A DNA stretch of 64,000 nt, taken from the human T2T-CHM13v2.0 reference genome, Homo sapiens. Below, piece by piece: positions 27,826 through 52,270 of this stretch. The notes beneath the pieces are model-generated. The model worked only from the letters and a program-made list of their open reading frames with translations. It made no database searches and was not told where the DNA came from. Numbering within the stretch: the first letter of the stretch is position 1; each line of letters starts with the position of its first letter. The translations under genes were made by a program, and so were the position numbers. The stretch lies in NCBI RefSeq assembly GCF_009914755.1, contig NC_060930.1. One strand, given 5' to 3'.

Positions 27826-28206
27826 ATTAAATGCTATAAAATAAATCTTTAATATTTTGAGATACTTTAAGTTAGTTGTCTTTTTTTCTTGAATTTCTAT
27901 CCCTTTATACTCTTTCTGTAGATTATTAATATGGTTTTTCCATCTTATGTTATTTCCCCTAAATGGGGAGAAAGTAATGTTAATGGAGATAGTTTAATAT
28001 TTGTTGCATAGTAAATTACAAAGGGGAAGAACAAATCTCTCACATGGAAAGAAATCTATTGAAATATATATATATATTTATGTGTTCACAAGATTTGAAA
28101 CAGGATAATAATCTAGTTATAATTATTATAGTTGTCATAGGCAAAAAGAGCATACAGCCTATTTTGTTAAATGCTCCCCATCGTGTAATTTAAAGTTGCT
28201 CTAAAG

Positions 28207-28992
28207 CCAAAAGACACATGAAAAAATGCTCATCATCACTGGCCATCAGAGAAATGCAAATCAAAACCACAATGAGATACCATCTCACACCAGTTAGAAT
28301 GGCGATCATTAAAATTTCAGGAAACAACAGGTGCTGGAGAGGATATGGAGAAATAGGAACACTTTTACACTGTTGGTGGCACTATAAACTAATTCAACCA
28401 TCGTGGAAGTCGGTGTGGTGATTCCTCAGGGATCTACAACTAGAAATACCATTTGACCCAGCCATCTCATTACTGGGTATATACCCAAAGGATTATAAAT
28501 CATGCTGCTATAAAGACACATGCACACATATGTTTATTGTGGCACTATTCACAATAGCAAAGACTTGGAACCAAGCCAAATGTCCAACAATGATAGACTG
28601 GATTAAGAAAATGTGGTACAAATACACCATGGAATACTATGCGGCCATAAAAAATGATGAGTTCAAGTCCTTTGTAGGGACACGGATGAAGCTGGAAACC
28701 ATCATTCTCAGCAAACTATCGCAAGGACAAAAAACCAAACACTGCGTATTCTCACTCATAGGTGGAAATTGAACAATGAGAACACATGGACACAGGAAGG
28801 GGAACATCACACACTGGGGCCTTTTTTGGGGTGAGGGGAGGGGGGAGGGATAGCATTAGGAGATATACCTATTGTTAAATGATGAGTTAATGGGTGCAGC
28901 ACACCAACATGGCACATGTATACATATGTAACTAACCTGCACATTGTGCACATGTACCCTAAAACTTAAAGTATAATAAAAATAAAAAATAA
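28207..28992 (+). mobile_element. 5'-truncated L1PA3/4-like LINE-1 (~0.8 kb)
   Basis: ORF2 C-terminus ([17 protein letters not shown]...SLIGGN), G-rich 3'UTR, A-tail; exact TSD ttgctctaaag (28196-28206 / 28993-29003). Confidence 0.95.
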
Positions 28993-29139
28993 TTGCTCTA
29001 AAGTCATGTGTGCAAAAATCTTCTCCATTGTTTAGGAAGGTATGTTTAGAGTAAAACTTCCTCTAAACACATGTAAGTATAACATCAAAGCAAATAATAC
29101 CATACAGAAAATAGGCAATGATAAGGCTACAAAATGGGC

Positions 29140-29240
29140 CATTTGTATTTATTCATTCAATCAGTCATTCATTTACACAGATTTATTGAGCACTAGACAG
29201 GATATTAGCATGCAGAGATGAAGACATGATTGTCAGTTTT
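29140..29240 (-). mobile_element. L2 3' end
   Basis: attcattcaatcagtcattcatttacacagatttattgagcac. Confidence 0.65.
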
Positions 29241-30259
29241 TGTTCTGTTGGGGTCACACCTTGAATTACCTTTATGATTGTAAGAGGGGCACAAAGACAT
29301 CTGTGATTCCAATTTCTGGACAAGTTTCAAGTTTCATCACTTATTTGGTAGAGAACTATCAAAAAAGAAAGCTGATATTATGGACTGTAGCAGGAAATAA
29401 GTTTCAGAGTGGGAACTCACCTAGTACAAAGACTCTTTAGGGGATGCAGGGCAGACAATAAGAAGAAAGTGTGAAAGTTCTCCTAAAGGCAGGAGGATGT
29501 TGAATATATTGATAATTGTATACACATGTTCCCATTTTTTCAGTGAGGATTGTTCTTTTAATCCAGTTATCAAGTTGGAAATGATTTAAAGCAATCTGAT
29601 ACTTGTTCTAAAAACCAAAGTAAAAATGTCAAACAATAAGCAAATACGACAGAAGGAATGTGTGTTGCCCACATTAACTGAATACCCAAACAAAATAGTG
29701 AATTTATGTAATTCATCTGGATATTTTGACAAGACTATGCCCAATGGCTTTATTAAAATGAACTGTTTCATATTTTTATAATTTGCAAAATATTTTGTTT
29801 AGGCAGGTCAAGTTATACTACTCCCCTGTGGACTTTATAGATGAGGAGTGTGAATGCCTTGTTATACTCCTGTGAGTGGGTAGTAATGCTTAACTTTCCA
29901 AACCGCAGCTTACACATCTAACCTCTTTCTTGTTTTAAGAAAAGAATAATTGTAACACTGATTCAAATAATAAACTTTCATTGTTTTATACTCATATTTA
30001 GTCTACAAAAACTAGAGATACAAAAATACAGAAATCAGCACTTCAGCTAAAAGTATGAAGCAGAGCAATTTCTGACTACTAAAGAAGAGTTTGTTTTCTT
30101 GAAGAGGTGAAAATGCCTTACACACCTTCCCTAAACTACCACTTGGCAATCTTTTTCTACTGTCTTGGGAAAACAAAACATTCTCATGATATGAAAAGCT
30201 TTAAAGGGCTTCTTAATCACCATTATCATTTTTTAGCATGAACAATAATAAAAAGCCAT

Positions 30260-30720
30260 CGAAGTTAATTCATTTATTAAAACATATCTTTGAACTGCCA
30301 TTGTGAACTAGATATGTCTAGACTCAAGAAATACAGCGGTAAACATAATATTTTTTGAGGGAAAGATGCAGACTATGAACATATAAACAAATACATGTGA
30401 ATGCTTGAGAGAAGCTATGAGGTGATTAGTAGAATGTAAAATACAATTTAGTCAAGTTAGGACATGAATGGGGTTCTATGTTATATTGGTGGTCAGGATA
30501 GTGAAGAGAGACATAAAGTAACCTTGCCCCCTGGATGTCTGACAAAACAGTGTCTGAAGCAAAAAAAAAAAAAAAAACAAAAAAAAAAAAACAAAGAAAA
30601 CAGCATGGGTAGAGAGGTATTAAGACTTGGCAGCTTCAAGGAATTGTCAGGAGGATAATGTCTCTGAAATGAGCCTGGAACTGTACGACTATAGTTTAAG
30701 ATATTAAACACAAAATTAAT
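30260..30720 (-). mobile_element. L2 remnant containing an A-rich tract
   Basis: aattcatttattaaaacatatctttgaactgcc...agaaatacagcggtaaaca. Confidence 0.5.
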
Positions 30721-31182
30721 TGGTTATGACGGGCCAAAGTCGATAAATAGAAATGATTACTTTATCTTCGTTTTAAATTGTCATAGTCTTGAGCTTTGTG
30801 TAGGCTGCTTATTGTTCTAATTGAGGTATCTATAAATAGCCATTCTTCTACTCAAATTTTTGTTACCGTACTAGCATCTGGTATCTTTTCCTACCATTCA
30901 GTGCATTCTGTCTTCTTTTGTTAATTCTGAAAGAGATGCTGCAGGTTTCAAGAAACCTATAATGTATAAGGCATGAATTATAATCTATATTTCAAATGAT
31001 TTTTGTAAGGAAAATTTGAAAAAATTACACCAAAACTGAAAATGTAGGATAACAATAATCTAACCTCAGCAAACCAGCAGTGGTGGTAAATCTGTAGATT
31101 TTAGTCACACAAATTTTAACACCTAAGATTATTTTAGTATTGAAAAGCTACATTGACATTTAATTTTATTTAACTTATGCCC

Positions 31183-31246
31183 ATAATTTTGCAGTAACAA
31201 TGCCTGTATAAAATATAATTTTGCAGTAACAATGCCTGTATAAAAT
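31183..31246. repeat. perfect 32-bp tandem duplication
   Basis: ataattttgcagtaacaatgcctgtataaaat x2. Confidence 0.97.
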
Positions 31247-31307
31247 AAAATTTAGTATTAAATGGGCTGTCATCTACATTGAATTATTTACTAAGGTAGT
31301 AAAACTG

Positions 31308-39190
<7,883 letters not shown>

Positions 39191-42100
39191 CTGGATAAAA
39201 CTTTATAGATAGAGAACAATCACTTCCTCATTGGTAAACCACATCTCAATACAAAAACTCTTTAGTAGTCCTGGATGTACACTCTACCTAAAAACTTTAA
39301 GATTTACCATCCTGTATTCTTATATTATTGGAATAGTCATCATAATACACTGTAAACAAGTGAATGGTAATATACTGGTTTTGTGAAAACATATTAATAA
39401 AAGTGATAAACATAAAAACAATGAAGCAGTCACCTTTCTTCTTTTCTCTCCAATCTATTATCAGGAGCATTAATGTTACAAATTTGACCTCTAAATGTAT
39501 ATAATACATTTACTTGAAATCTAAATAAACATCAGTTTTAATCCCACTGATATTTAAAGCTATGTGAGTGTTTTATTTTTCCACCTTGAGAAATTAATAA
39601 GTCAGTTTCATGAAACCAACCCAAAATGAGCACAATGTGTGCTAAGCAACTAAGAGTTTCACTGTGTTAGTGGCTCTGGGTCTAAGGAAGGATTGTGACT
39701 TTATATTATTTCAGGCCATTTTTGCTAAGACTAGGTTTATTTTCATTAGTCTATGTAGCCAACTCAGCACTGGAGCTTGGCTTTGGGGTAAGGGGCACTC
39801 TGTGTTTGAAACTTTATTTTTATCATCTCCAGTTTTTAGGACATTTCTGTTTGGTAGCATTTCATATGTGTGCACTAAGCAGTTTTCTTTCTTTTTTTTT
39901 TTCTTGCATGTAATGCTAACATGAAGATGGTTCAAACTTTTATTCAGACCTCATAGTTGCCTTGACAATATGGCTCTGAATTTTAGAGAGATGCTTTAAA
40001 AATAAAGCACTGTAATTATTAAAGATCCATGGATAATTACTTATCTTCCATAGATGTGCTATAACACTTCAAGAAATTGAAAATTTCTTAATGAGTGTAA
40101 GCATTTCTTTTTAGGCATTCAGAATATCTATCATTTTTGAGAGAAATTTTTTCTAAGAGTCTGTGTATAGATTCTGGATATTGTTTTCCAAAGTGGAGTA
40201 TTATGTCCCATTTGTTTGTTTCTACTCTTACAACAATAATTTACTCTATGATGTACGCTATTTGTCTGTGGACACACACACAATAGAAGATGATGATAAT
40301 GGAAGGCATTTAGGAAGCTAATCCTTACAGCATTACATATTACTCTGGGTATCCTAAACCGTAAGAATACAAGACCTTTTCTCTCCAGCCTTTGTAATTT
40401 TCACATATTCTTTTCTTCAATAAATGCCTCATTAGCTTTATCCTAAGTGGGCTTTATTTACCTGAAAATTTGTGTTCATTGTTAAGACTATTTTTCAAAG
40501 TGACAAAAACACTGTATTGCCATTGTGCTACTTTGCAATCTATTGCTAACAGTGTTCTATTTAAAAATCAAGACACAAACTATGCTTACTCATAAATACT
40601 CTTGAATTAAAATCTTCCTAAAATACCTCTCCCTGTGCCATCCTCTTAGTTCACTCAGGTTTGGATTAAATTCAGATTCACGTCCATAACACAATGATTG
40701 ATTCTCTGCTCTCTGGTGCACAGCATGCTCTCATGACTAGTAGCAAACGTTTATTCGACCTTATGTGTCTTTTCTGTGACAGTCCTCACTTTGGGAGTGC
40801 CTGGGATCTAATTTGTATGCTAGGTGTTAACCAGTTGTGTAGTTATAGGAGAGAGGATGGCTCAAATTTTACCTAGAGTTTGTATGCCTGTGGTGACCAT
40901 TTTTCTAAACCAAAAATTGAGACAAATTGGTTGACAAATATGAATAAACGTGTGGTCACAAAGGGAGATATTAAGTTTAGATACAGACACACAAGTGACC
41001 CCTCCAAAACACAGACATACCCTTCCATAAAAGCATAGCCACTCTATCCCTCCATAAACAAAACTGCCAGTGACTATTGGTAATTTCCCAAGTTTATTCA
41101 ATATAGAGATACCTATACACTGTAAGTATCTTCCATTTCATCCATATTAATTTACAGTTTATTTAGTCATCTCAAGAATGCAGTTAAATATTAGATACAC
41201 TTTTCTAATAATCCAGTTAGTCCAGATATCTTAATTTAATGTTTACATATAGCAGATTACTAATTTTATAATAAATAAAAAATTGGAGGCCACTCAACAC
41301 TGGGATTTTATTTTATTTTTAAATTTCTAAACACTCAAATTATGTTTATAGTGTCTAGTATTATATTTTGTTAAGCAGGAGAGCAGAAAAAAATATTGTT
41401 TAGAAAATGTAAGTCATATAAAATGGATCATATATTAAATAGATATTTAGGATATGTTAAATGTAAAATTAATTATCATAATAAATAAAATATAAAAATA
41501 ATTTGTCCCTGGAATAATTGTAATATTATATTTTATTTAAATACTATACACCTAAACATACATTTTTATATTTATAGATCTTTAAAATTATAGATCTGTT
41601 TTTGAGGGTTTTTGTATTGCTTTTAAAGAAATATTTCAAAGCGGTCTAGAAAGCAATTGTTATAATAAAGGCAAGGATTTTGTCTATAATTGCCAACAAA
41701 ATATTTCAAATGATTCATATTCAGTTGTACAGAGGTTTTAAGTTCCATGTGGACACCTGCAAGTTGTCTTAGATAATCTATAATGAAGTAACTCTTATGA
41801 GGCTTATTCGCTTCCATATGGAACAAAATAATACAGCCTTGACATTGATGTATGCAACGTATTTTTAAGATGACATTCACACAATACTGTTCTTGCCAGT
41901 TAAAAAATAACAATCCATTTTCTCTTGCCAAGGAAGGAACTTTGTCTGTAGTATATAATAATATGGCTGAAAAGGCTTAATGCTCTAACTTCTCCATTTT
42001 GCTTTGCTAAGCATTCGTAATGATAACAACTGATTACTATTTTAATGAAAATATTTTTTTAAGTCTCAATATGTCTAGCAAGAAAATATTTATTTTTCCA

Positions 42101-42254
42101 AGGAAATTTAATGTATAGATGATCAAATGTGATTTTAAAAAGAAACAAAAAGATAAGTTTTATAAAATATGTTGTTTCGTTCATTGTGGGAAATGAGCAG
42201 TCACGCTCATTATCACCATGTGTCTGAGCAATAAAATAGGAGCTATAATTAACC

Positions 42255-42615
42255 TGTGCCTTAGTTAGCTCAGGCTGCTATAAAAAATTACCATAGGCTC
42301 AGTGGCTTACACAACAAATTATTTCTCACAGTTCTTGAGCCTGAAAGTTCAAGATTGGAGTGCCAGCATGGTCAGGTTCTGGTGAGGGGTCTCTTTCGGG
42401 TTGCAGACAGCTGACTTGTAATCTCATATAGTGGAAAGAGAACTAGCTAGTTCTATGGCCTCGTATAAGGGCACTCATCTCATTCACGAGGACTCTTACC
42501 TCATGACCTAATAACCTTCCAAAGCCCCCACCTTTGAAGGTGGGGGATACCATCACATGGGAGATTAGATTTCAACATATGAATATGGAGAGACACAAAC
42601 ATTCAGTTTATAACA
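42255..42615 (-). mobile_element. MLT1A-like MaLR LTR
   Basis: tgtgccttagttagctcaggctgctataa...ggtcaggttctggtgagggg...ttcaacatatgaat...acacaaacattcagtttataaca. Confidence 0.85.
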
Positions 42616-42975
42616 ACATAGTTACCAACAACAAATAGGGTACTACAGCATGAATTTTGGATAATGAGCTCAAATAAAAGTATCTTAAAAAGTCAATGAG
42701 GAGAAAAATAAAAAGGATTAAGTTCAAGGGCAGGTGGAGTCTCAAGACCTATTAACCTATTAATAGTTAATACCTATTAACTTCACAAATATAATGCAAA
42801 AATAATTAATGGCTATAAGACAAATGAAACTCAGTTCACAAATTCAGGTGTTACAGAAGTATAATTATTTTCCGTGAATTAATTTTGGATCTTAAGTCTC
42901 TATTTTTTTTGGTAAGATTAAAAAAAAATTAACATCTGTCCTTCTTCAGCATAGCTTCTACCTCTGCCTAGACTG

Positions 42976-42998
42976 ACTCTCTCTCTCTAGCTTTCTCA

Positions 42999-43038
<40 letters not shown>

Positions 43039-43065
43039 GGTGTGTGTGTGTGATCTGTGTGATCT
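42976..43065. repeat. (TC)n-(TG)n compound microsatellite
   Basis: ctctctctct...gggg tgtgtgtgtg. Confidence 0.93.
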
Positions 43066-45749
43066 CTTTCCCTTCATTGGGAAAAATATCATTTTAGTTT
43101 TTTACGATAGGCCATGGTTAGGCTTTCCAAATAAAAATTTTGAGTAGACCTGATGATGTAGTAAAAAGAACTTAAAAGTACAGTACCTAACTCTGGCCAA
43201 GGAAGAATCCCCTTATGTCATATCCTCATAATCTTGTGTGGAGACTGGAATACCACTATGCCCTCCTATGACCCCATAGTCTGGAATAGTATTGAGGGAA
43301 GGAGTCCATAATTCTGAGTTCCTCTAATCTGGTATATTCTCACATCATGCGGGTACTAAGACTAGGTATATCTACTCCGCTATATCCTAATCTTGTGTTT
43401 GTCCTTTGCATTAAATCTTTGTCCTGGTTTGGTAGTAAACCAAACTGAAAGCAGTCTTAGACATGACTGAGTCATAATTCTCCCCAGATTTAGAACTTAT
43501 ACCAAGTTTTGTAGTTTAACCTAGTTCACTTTATTGATCTTGTCTATCCTCTCTTCACTCTAAAACTAAGGGTTTTAGAAACAAAAGACAGAAAATATGC
43601 TGCCTTAAGCAGAAAGAAAAATGAGATGAGTGTAAATAAGAAAAAAAGTAATATCTTAAACGATTACTCAGACAGTCCAAATATAAGTGTAATAAAAAAC
43701 ACCTTTATGTCACATAACATGAGAATAAATAAGCAAAATATTTTACTTTTTAAATTTGATATTTTCAAGAAATAGAAGTATACTGTAGAGAATTATGAAG
43801 GATTTCACATTGCATTTAGCAAGAAAAAGGATGCAAAAATTCATTTTTTAAAACCTCAATTCCCCAGTGAATCTGCCTTGTTTCTAATTGATTCTATCTC
43901 GTGATTCAATTGCCACTAAAGATTTGGGACATCTCTAGGGCTGGCCCTGGGAGGAATTGTAAAACAGGTGTGTCAACTTTATTACCCCGTTCCTCTCCTA
44001 TTAACAATAATATGCCTGATTTCTTTGTGTTCTCTTACCCTCTCTCTTCCCAAAACTTACTCTGGAAAAGAGGTAACACAGTATTCATAGCATACTTGGA
44101 ATACAACTTAAGAACTAGAGAAATTCTATTTGGAGGTGAACAATTATTGCTGAGGTCTCAAGCCCTGAGAATCAATACGCCCCGGCAATCAGTATGTGTT
44201 TGTATTCCTCAAAATAATCTCTCTGAGAAATTTATTTTCTAATTTGGCACCCACTCAACTTCACTTTTTCTACAGTACTGACCTCTCTCTTCGGAGGAAT
44301 ACAAACATATTTCTAATTTCGAACCAGCAATTTGGATTTTCCTTCCTCCACAAATTAAACATTTAAAAGTCTTAATTCAGTCCCTGGCATATATATTTTA
44401 CTTAACACTAAGCAGAATTTTCCAAGATTAATTTAGGGCTTTGCTTTGAGAGAAAATTTTTAGAGTAGAAGAGACAGAATCTCAAGAAGGGACAGGTTCT
44501 TGCAGTTGGCAACTTGCACTACTCTGTGGAAACCAGTGCGTAATTAGACTCTCTTCTCTCTCTTACTCCTCACTTTTCCTTGACTACAAGTTCATCTCCT
44601 TGCCATGCCTACAATGATACAGAAAAATATATTTGAGTTAAATTCTCAGTTTTGCATAACTTAATACAAATCCATTGTAATTCAGGGATTAGAGTTATTT
44701 TATTCCTAAAATATTAGATTTATGGTGAGAGTAGTTTTTAATTTAAAGATTTTTTAAATGTTTTACTTAGTTAAATGAAAGTAATGTCAGATCTGGATAG
44801 GAATACAGTATCGTAAAAAAAAATAGTAAACTGCATATGATTCTCTCAGTGTTCTTGGGTGGTTACTCCTTATTTGTCCAACTAAAACTCAGAGTAATTA
44901 TACCAAATTACATACAAATTAAGTCACAGATGTGTTAGTCATAGATATTCAGTTATAAGAATAAGTTTCAATAGTTGAGTTATATAGCCCAATGGGGTAA
45001 TCATTGCTTTAAAAATGTATCTTCTCATTAAGCTTTCATAAAATGTTTGCAACTAATGTGCATTATGAGGCATCTAAAATTCAGAAGCAATAGATTCCTA
45101 AGAGGTTCTATTCAAGGTGATGAGGATGGTTCACATTTACTTGAAATTGAAAGGGAATTTTATTAGGTTTACCATAATTGGCATATTTTTATGGATTTAT
45201 TTTCTAATTTGGCACCCACTCAACTTCACTGCTTATGCTATAGTAGTGGCCTGATGGATTACTGTGGGTTCTTTTCACTATTATTAAATTTAATTGTTTC
45301 TTGCTCATATACCCAGATGTGAACAGCATCAGGCTTCTAATCTAATAATACAGACTATTTGGAAAATGTGTGCTGTCAATTAAAGACATTTATAATAGAA
45401 GCAATAAAAAGAATCATTAATGAAAAGTAGTTTGCCTCTCACTGTACTTGGCTCTAATTAATCAAAAGTACTTTGAAATTGAAGTCATTAATAAACTTTT
45501 CTTACTTTTACAACAATGAAGTGGCTTGAGATTTCTTTGTAAAATTAGAACTATCTTACAAAATGAATGGATGAATGGCTACTGCTTTTTAAAATGTGGT
45601 TTTCTTCACCTCCAAAAAATGGTTTAAAGAATAAAAAAAGGAAAATAATGCTTTGAATTTTCAGCCAAAAGATAAATAAAACTTACATAAATTTGATTAG
45701 TATGTTGCAGAGATGGATGTGACGAACGTTGTTACTTATTCTGCTTGTT

Positions 45750-46157
45750 ATTTTTCATTTACCTCTAAATATCTTTTTCTGCCCTCTCGGTGCTCTGGGG
45801 GATATCACCTGAAGCCCTTGCCATCTGACTTCGAGTAATTTTGGCCAAAAGGAAATGATAATAGAGATTGAAAGGTAGAAAGAGGGAAGTTAGAATATAT
45901 CCTTCCGCTTCCCTCCCCGTATCAGTGCTTCTACTCTGGCAGCAATGACACCTCTCCTTTTATAAATCTTTCTGGGGGCTCCAGGAAATATTCAGTCCTT
46001 CCCAGGGGTGGAAATGGTTTCCTGGTGTTTCTAGTGTCTTGGTGTTACAATGTCATTTAGTTGTTCTTGTCCTCTTATATGTACATATACCATAATAAAT
46101 GCTTTTCATTTAAACCAATTCAATACATTCTGTTTTCTCAGAGACACTGACTTATAT
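45750..46157 (+). mobile_element. LTR33-like ERVL LTR
   Basis: cccttgccatctgacttc...ttggccaa...caggggtggaaatggtttcctggtgtttctagt...ctgacttata. Confidence 0.6.
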
Positions 46158-46229
46158 GTAGTTAATAAATAATTAGTCCATTTCTGAAATCATGAACCAC
46201 GAGTTTCTGTGTTAACATTAAAGTGTTAA

Positions 46230-46744
46230 TTAAAGGCAAGCCCTAGGGAGAAGAAAGGTCCTGGGCATGCACATTAAGAGACAAAAATGGCGAAGTATGA
46301 TCTTCTGTGTACACTCTACCAGAAACAGGAAAAAAGCCTCAAATGGATATGCACATAACTCCCTAAACACACTGCACATGCTCAATTCTGAAAGGTAAGG
46401 AGGACACTTTGCATGCCTGAAGCCCACCCTAAGGGAAGAATCATGAGAAAGAGGCAAGCTTATAAAGTCCCAGAATCAAGGTTAAAGGCACTTGTTTTTT
46501 TCTCTCTTTGACCTTCAAGCTCCCAGTTGAATTTCTTCCAAGGGTTCTTTCCTTTCTTTCCTATTGTAAAAGCTTTTTAAATATACTTCACTTCTGCTTT
46601 GAAAATTGCCTTAGTCTCTTTTTCTGCTTTATGCCCCTGAGTCAAATTCTTTCTTCTGAGGAGGCGAGGATTGAAGTTGTTATGGACCCCTATGGTTAAG
46701 CCACCGGTAACTCAGGGTAACTCAGATCTCTTCCACCACTAACA
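46230..46744 (+). mobile_element. ERV1 LTR of the MER66/LTR29/MER50 group, 5'-truncated
   Basis: gggcatgcacattaagagacaaaaatggcg...agcccaccctaagggaagaatcatg...ttctttcttctgaggaggcgaggattgaagttg...ccactaaca. Confidence 0.75.
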
Positions 46745-46830
46745 CAGCGAGCGGTGATCATATCACTGCCCTCAGCCTGGGCAAAATGTTTTTAGACCCT
46801 TTCTCAAAAAAATAAATAGACAAAATAAAG
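46745..46830 (+). mobile_element. Alu 3'-terminal fragment
   Basis: cagcgagcggtgatcatatcactgccctcagcctgggcaa...agaccctttctcaaaaaaataaata. Confidence 0.7.
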
Positions 46831-47040
46831 TTTGAAAATCAATATAATTATAAAACATCTTTATCCTATTCCTTTGGGGTGTACTGTTGTTATTAAAGAA
46901 ATTCCTCTTGGTAACATTTACTGTAAAATAAATGAGTCTGTTAATATGCCATTGAGTACAGCAATATTTTGTTTAATAGATTGATGGTCAACTATCAGGA
47001 CATGCCTTCCAATATTAATATTTAGTAAATGTAAGTAATG

Positions 47041-47887
47041 TGTGATATGTTCTAACATGCTGTAGTGTTATCATATATCAGTTTCCAGTGAAGGTTCCTG
47101 GCTCGTAAATCTCATAGCTCTTGTTAGTCTGTTGTTATTACGTTGGGTGTGTTAGTCCTCAAGGGCAGGCCTCTGACCTTCTTACGCCCTCATTTTACCT
47201 GCCCCAGGGCAGGACTCTAAGTTTCCCCATTTTTAAGATTGTGAATCTTAAGACCTTCCCATGAAAGAGTCTCATAGTCTCATCCTATACCCTGGGGGAA
47301 GAAATGCCAATGTCATGAAGCCTCCATAAAAACCCAAGAGGACAGGGTTCATTGAGCTTCCAGATAGGTAAACATGTGGAGATTCCTGGAGGGTGGTGCA
47401 CCCAGGGAGGGCATGGAGGCTCCATATCCCTTTCCCCACACATCCCATCTTTTCAACTGTATTCTTTGCAATATCCTTTGTAATAAACCAATAAACATAA
47501 CTGTTTCCCTAAGTTCTTGGAGCTGCTACAGCAAATTAATTGAACCCAAACAGGGGGTCATGGAAATACCAACTTAAGGCTGGTTGGTTAGAAGTTTTAC
47601 AGGCCCAGACTTACCACTAGTGTGGGGTGGGGTACAGTCCTGCGGACTGATTCCTCAACCTGTGGGATCTGACACTATCTACCTGGAGTTAGTTGTCTGT
47701 AACTGAACACTATCTAATTCAGTCAGATAGCTCTCTAACTGAATGAGAGAACACCTAGCTGGTGTCTGCCTCTTGGTGTGTGGGGGGAATATACCCACAA
47801 GTATTGTCACAGAAGCTTTCTGCATTGATGATTACTGTGGTATTAGAGTAGGAGAAAAACATGGTTAGAGAGAATTTTTTCTACACA
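47041..47887 (+). mobile_element. MER21A-like LTR
   Basis: tgtgatat start; ccataaaaacccaagaggacagggttc...ttcctggagggtggtgcacccagggagggcatgga...cagcaaattaattgaaccc; ends ctacaca. Confidence 0.85.
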
Positions 47888-48126
47888 CCTATAAAAGTAT
47901 AAGAAATTATTTCAAATATCTAGTATCTTTTATAAAGAGTGCAAACCAAAAAAAAACAGTGTTCATTTCTGACTGATATGTAATCCCTGGAACATAGTAG
48001 TTGCTAATCAAATGGTTAAATAAATGAATAAGCTTATGGATCATAGTATCGTGAAAGCATTGGTTAATCTAGACATGATAAAAAATTATAATTTGTTAAG
48101 ACAAAGCCTCAAATCTTATTAAGAAC

Positions 48127-52270
<4,144 letters not shown>

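Noticed and set aside
31183-31246. CRISPR-like repeat (32-bp unit)
   Set aside because: Only two adjacent copies, no spacer, eukaryotic context, no cas genes.
41280-41620. Extremely AT-rich tract as a matrix-attachment region or origin
   Set aside because: Composition alone is not evidence in an already AT-rich window.
42192-42211. 7-bp inverted repeat aatgagc-agtcac-gctcatt
   Set aside because: Stems this short are expected by chance in 64 kb.
43901-44242. 113-aa ORF in unique DNA
   Set aside because: GTG start, no recognisable domain or splice structure; consistent with chance.
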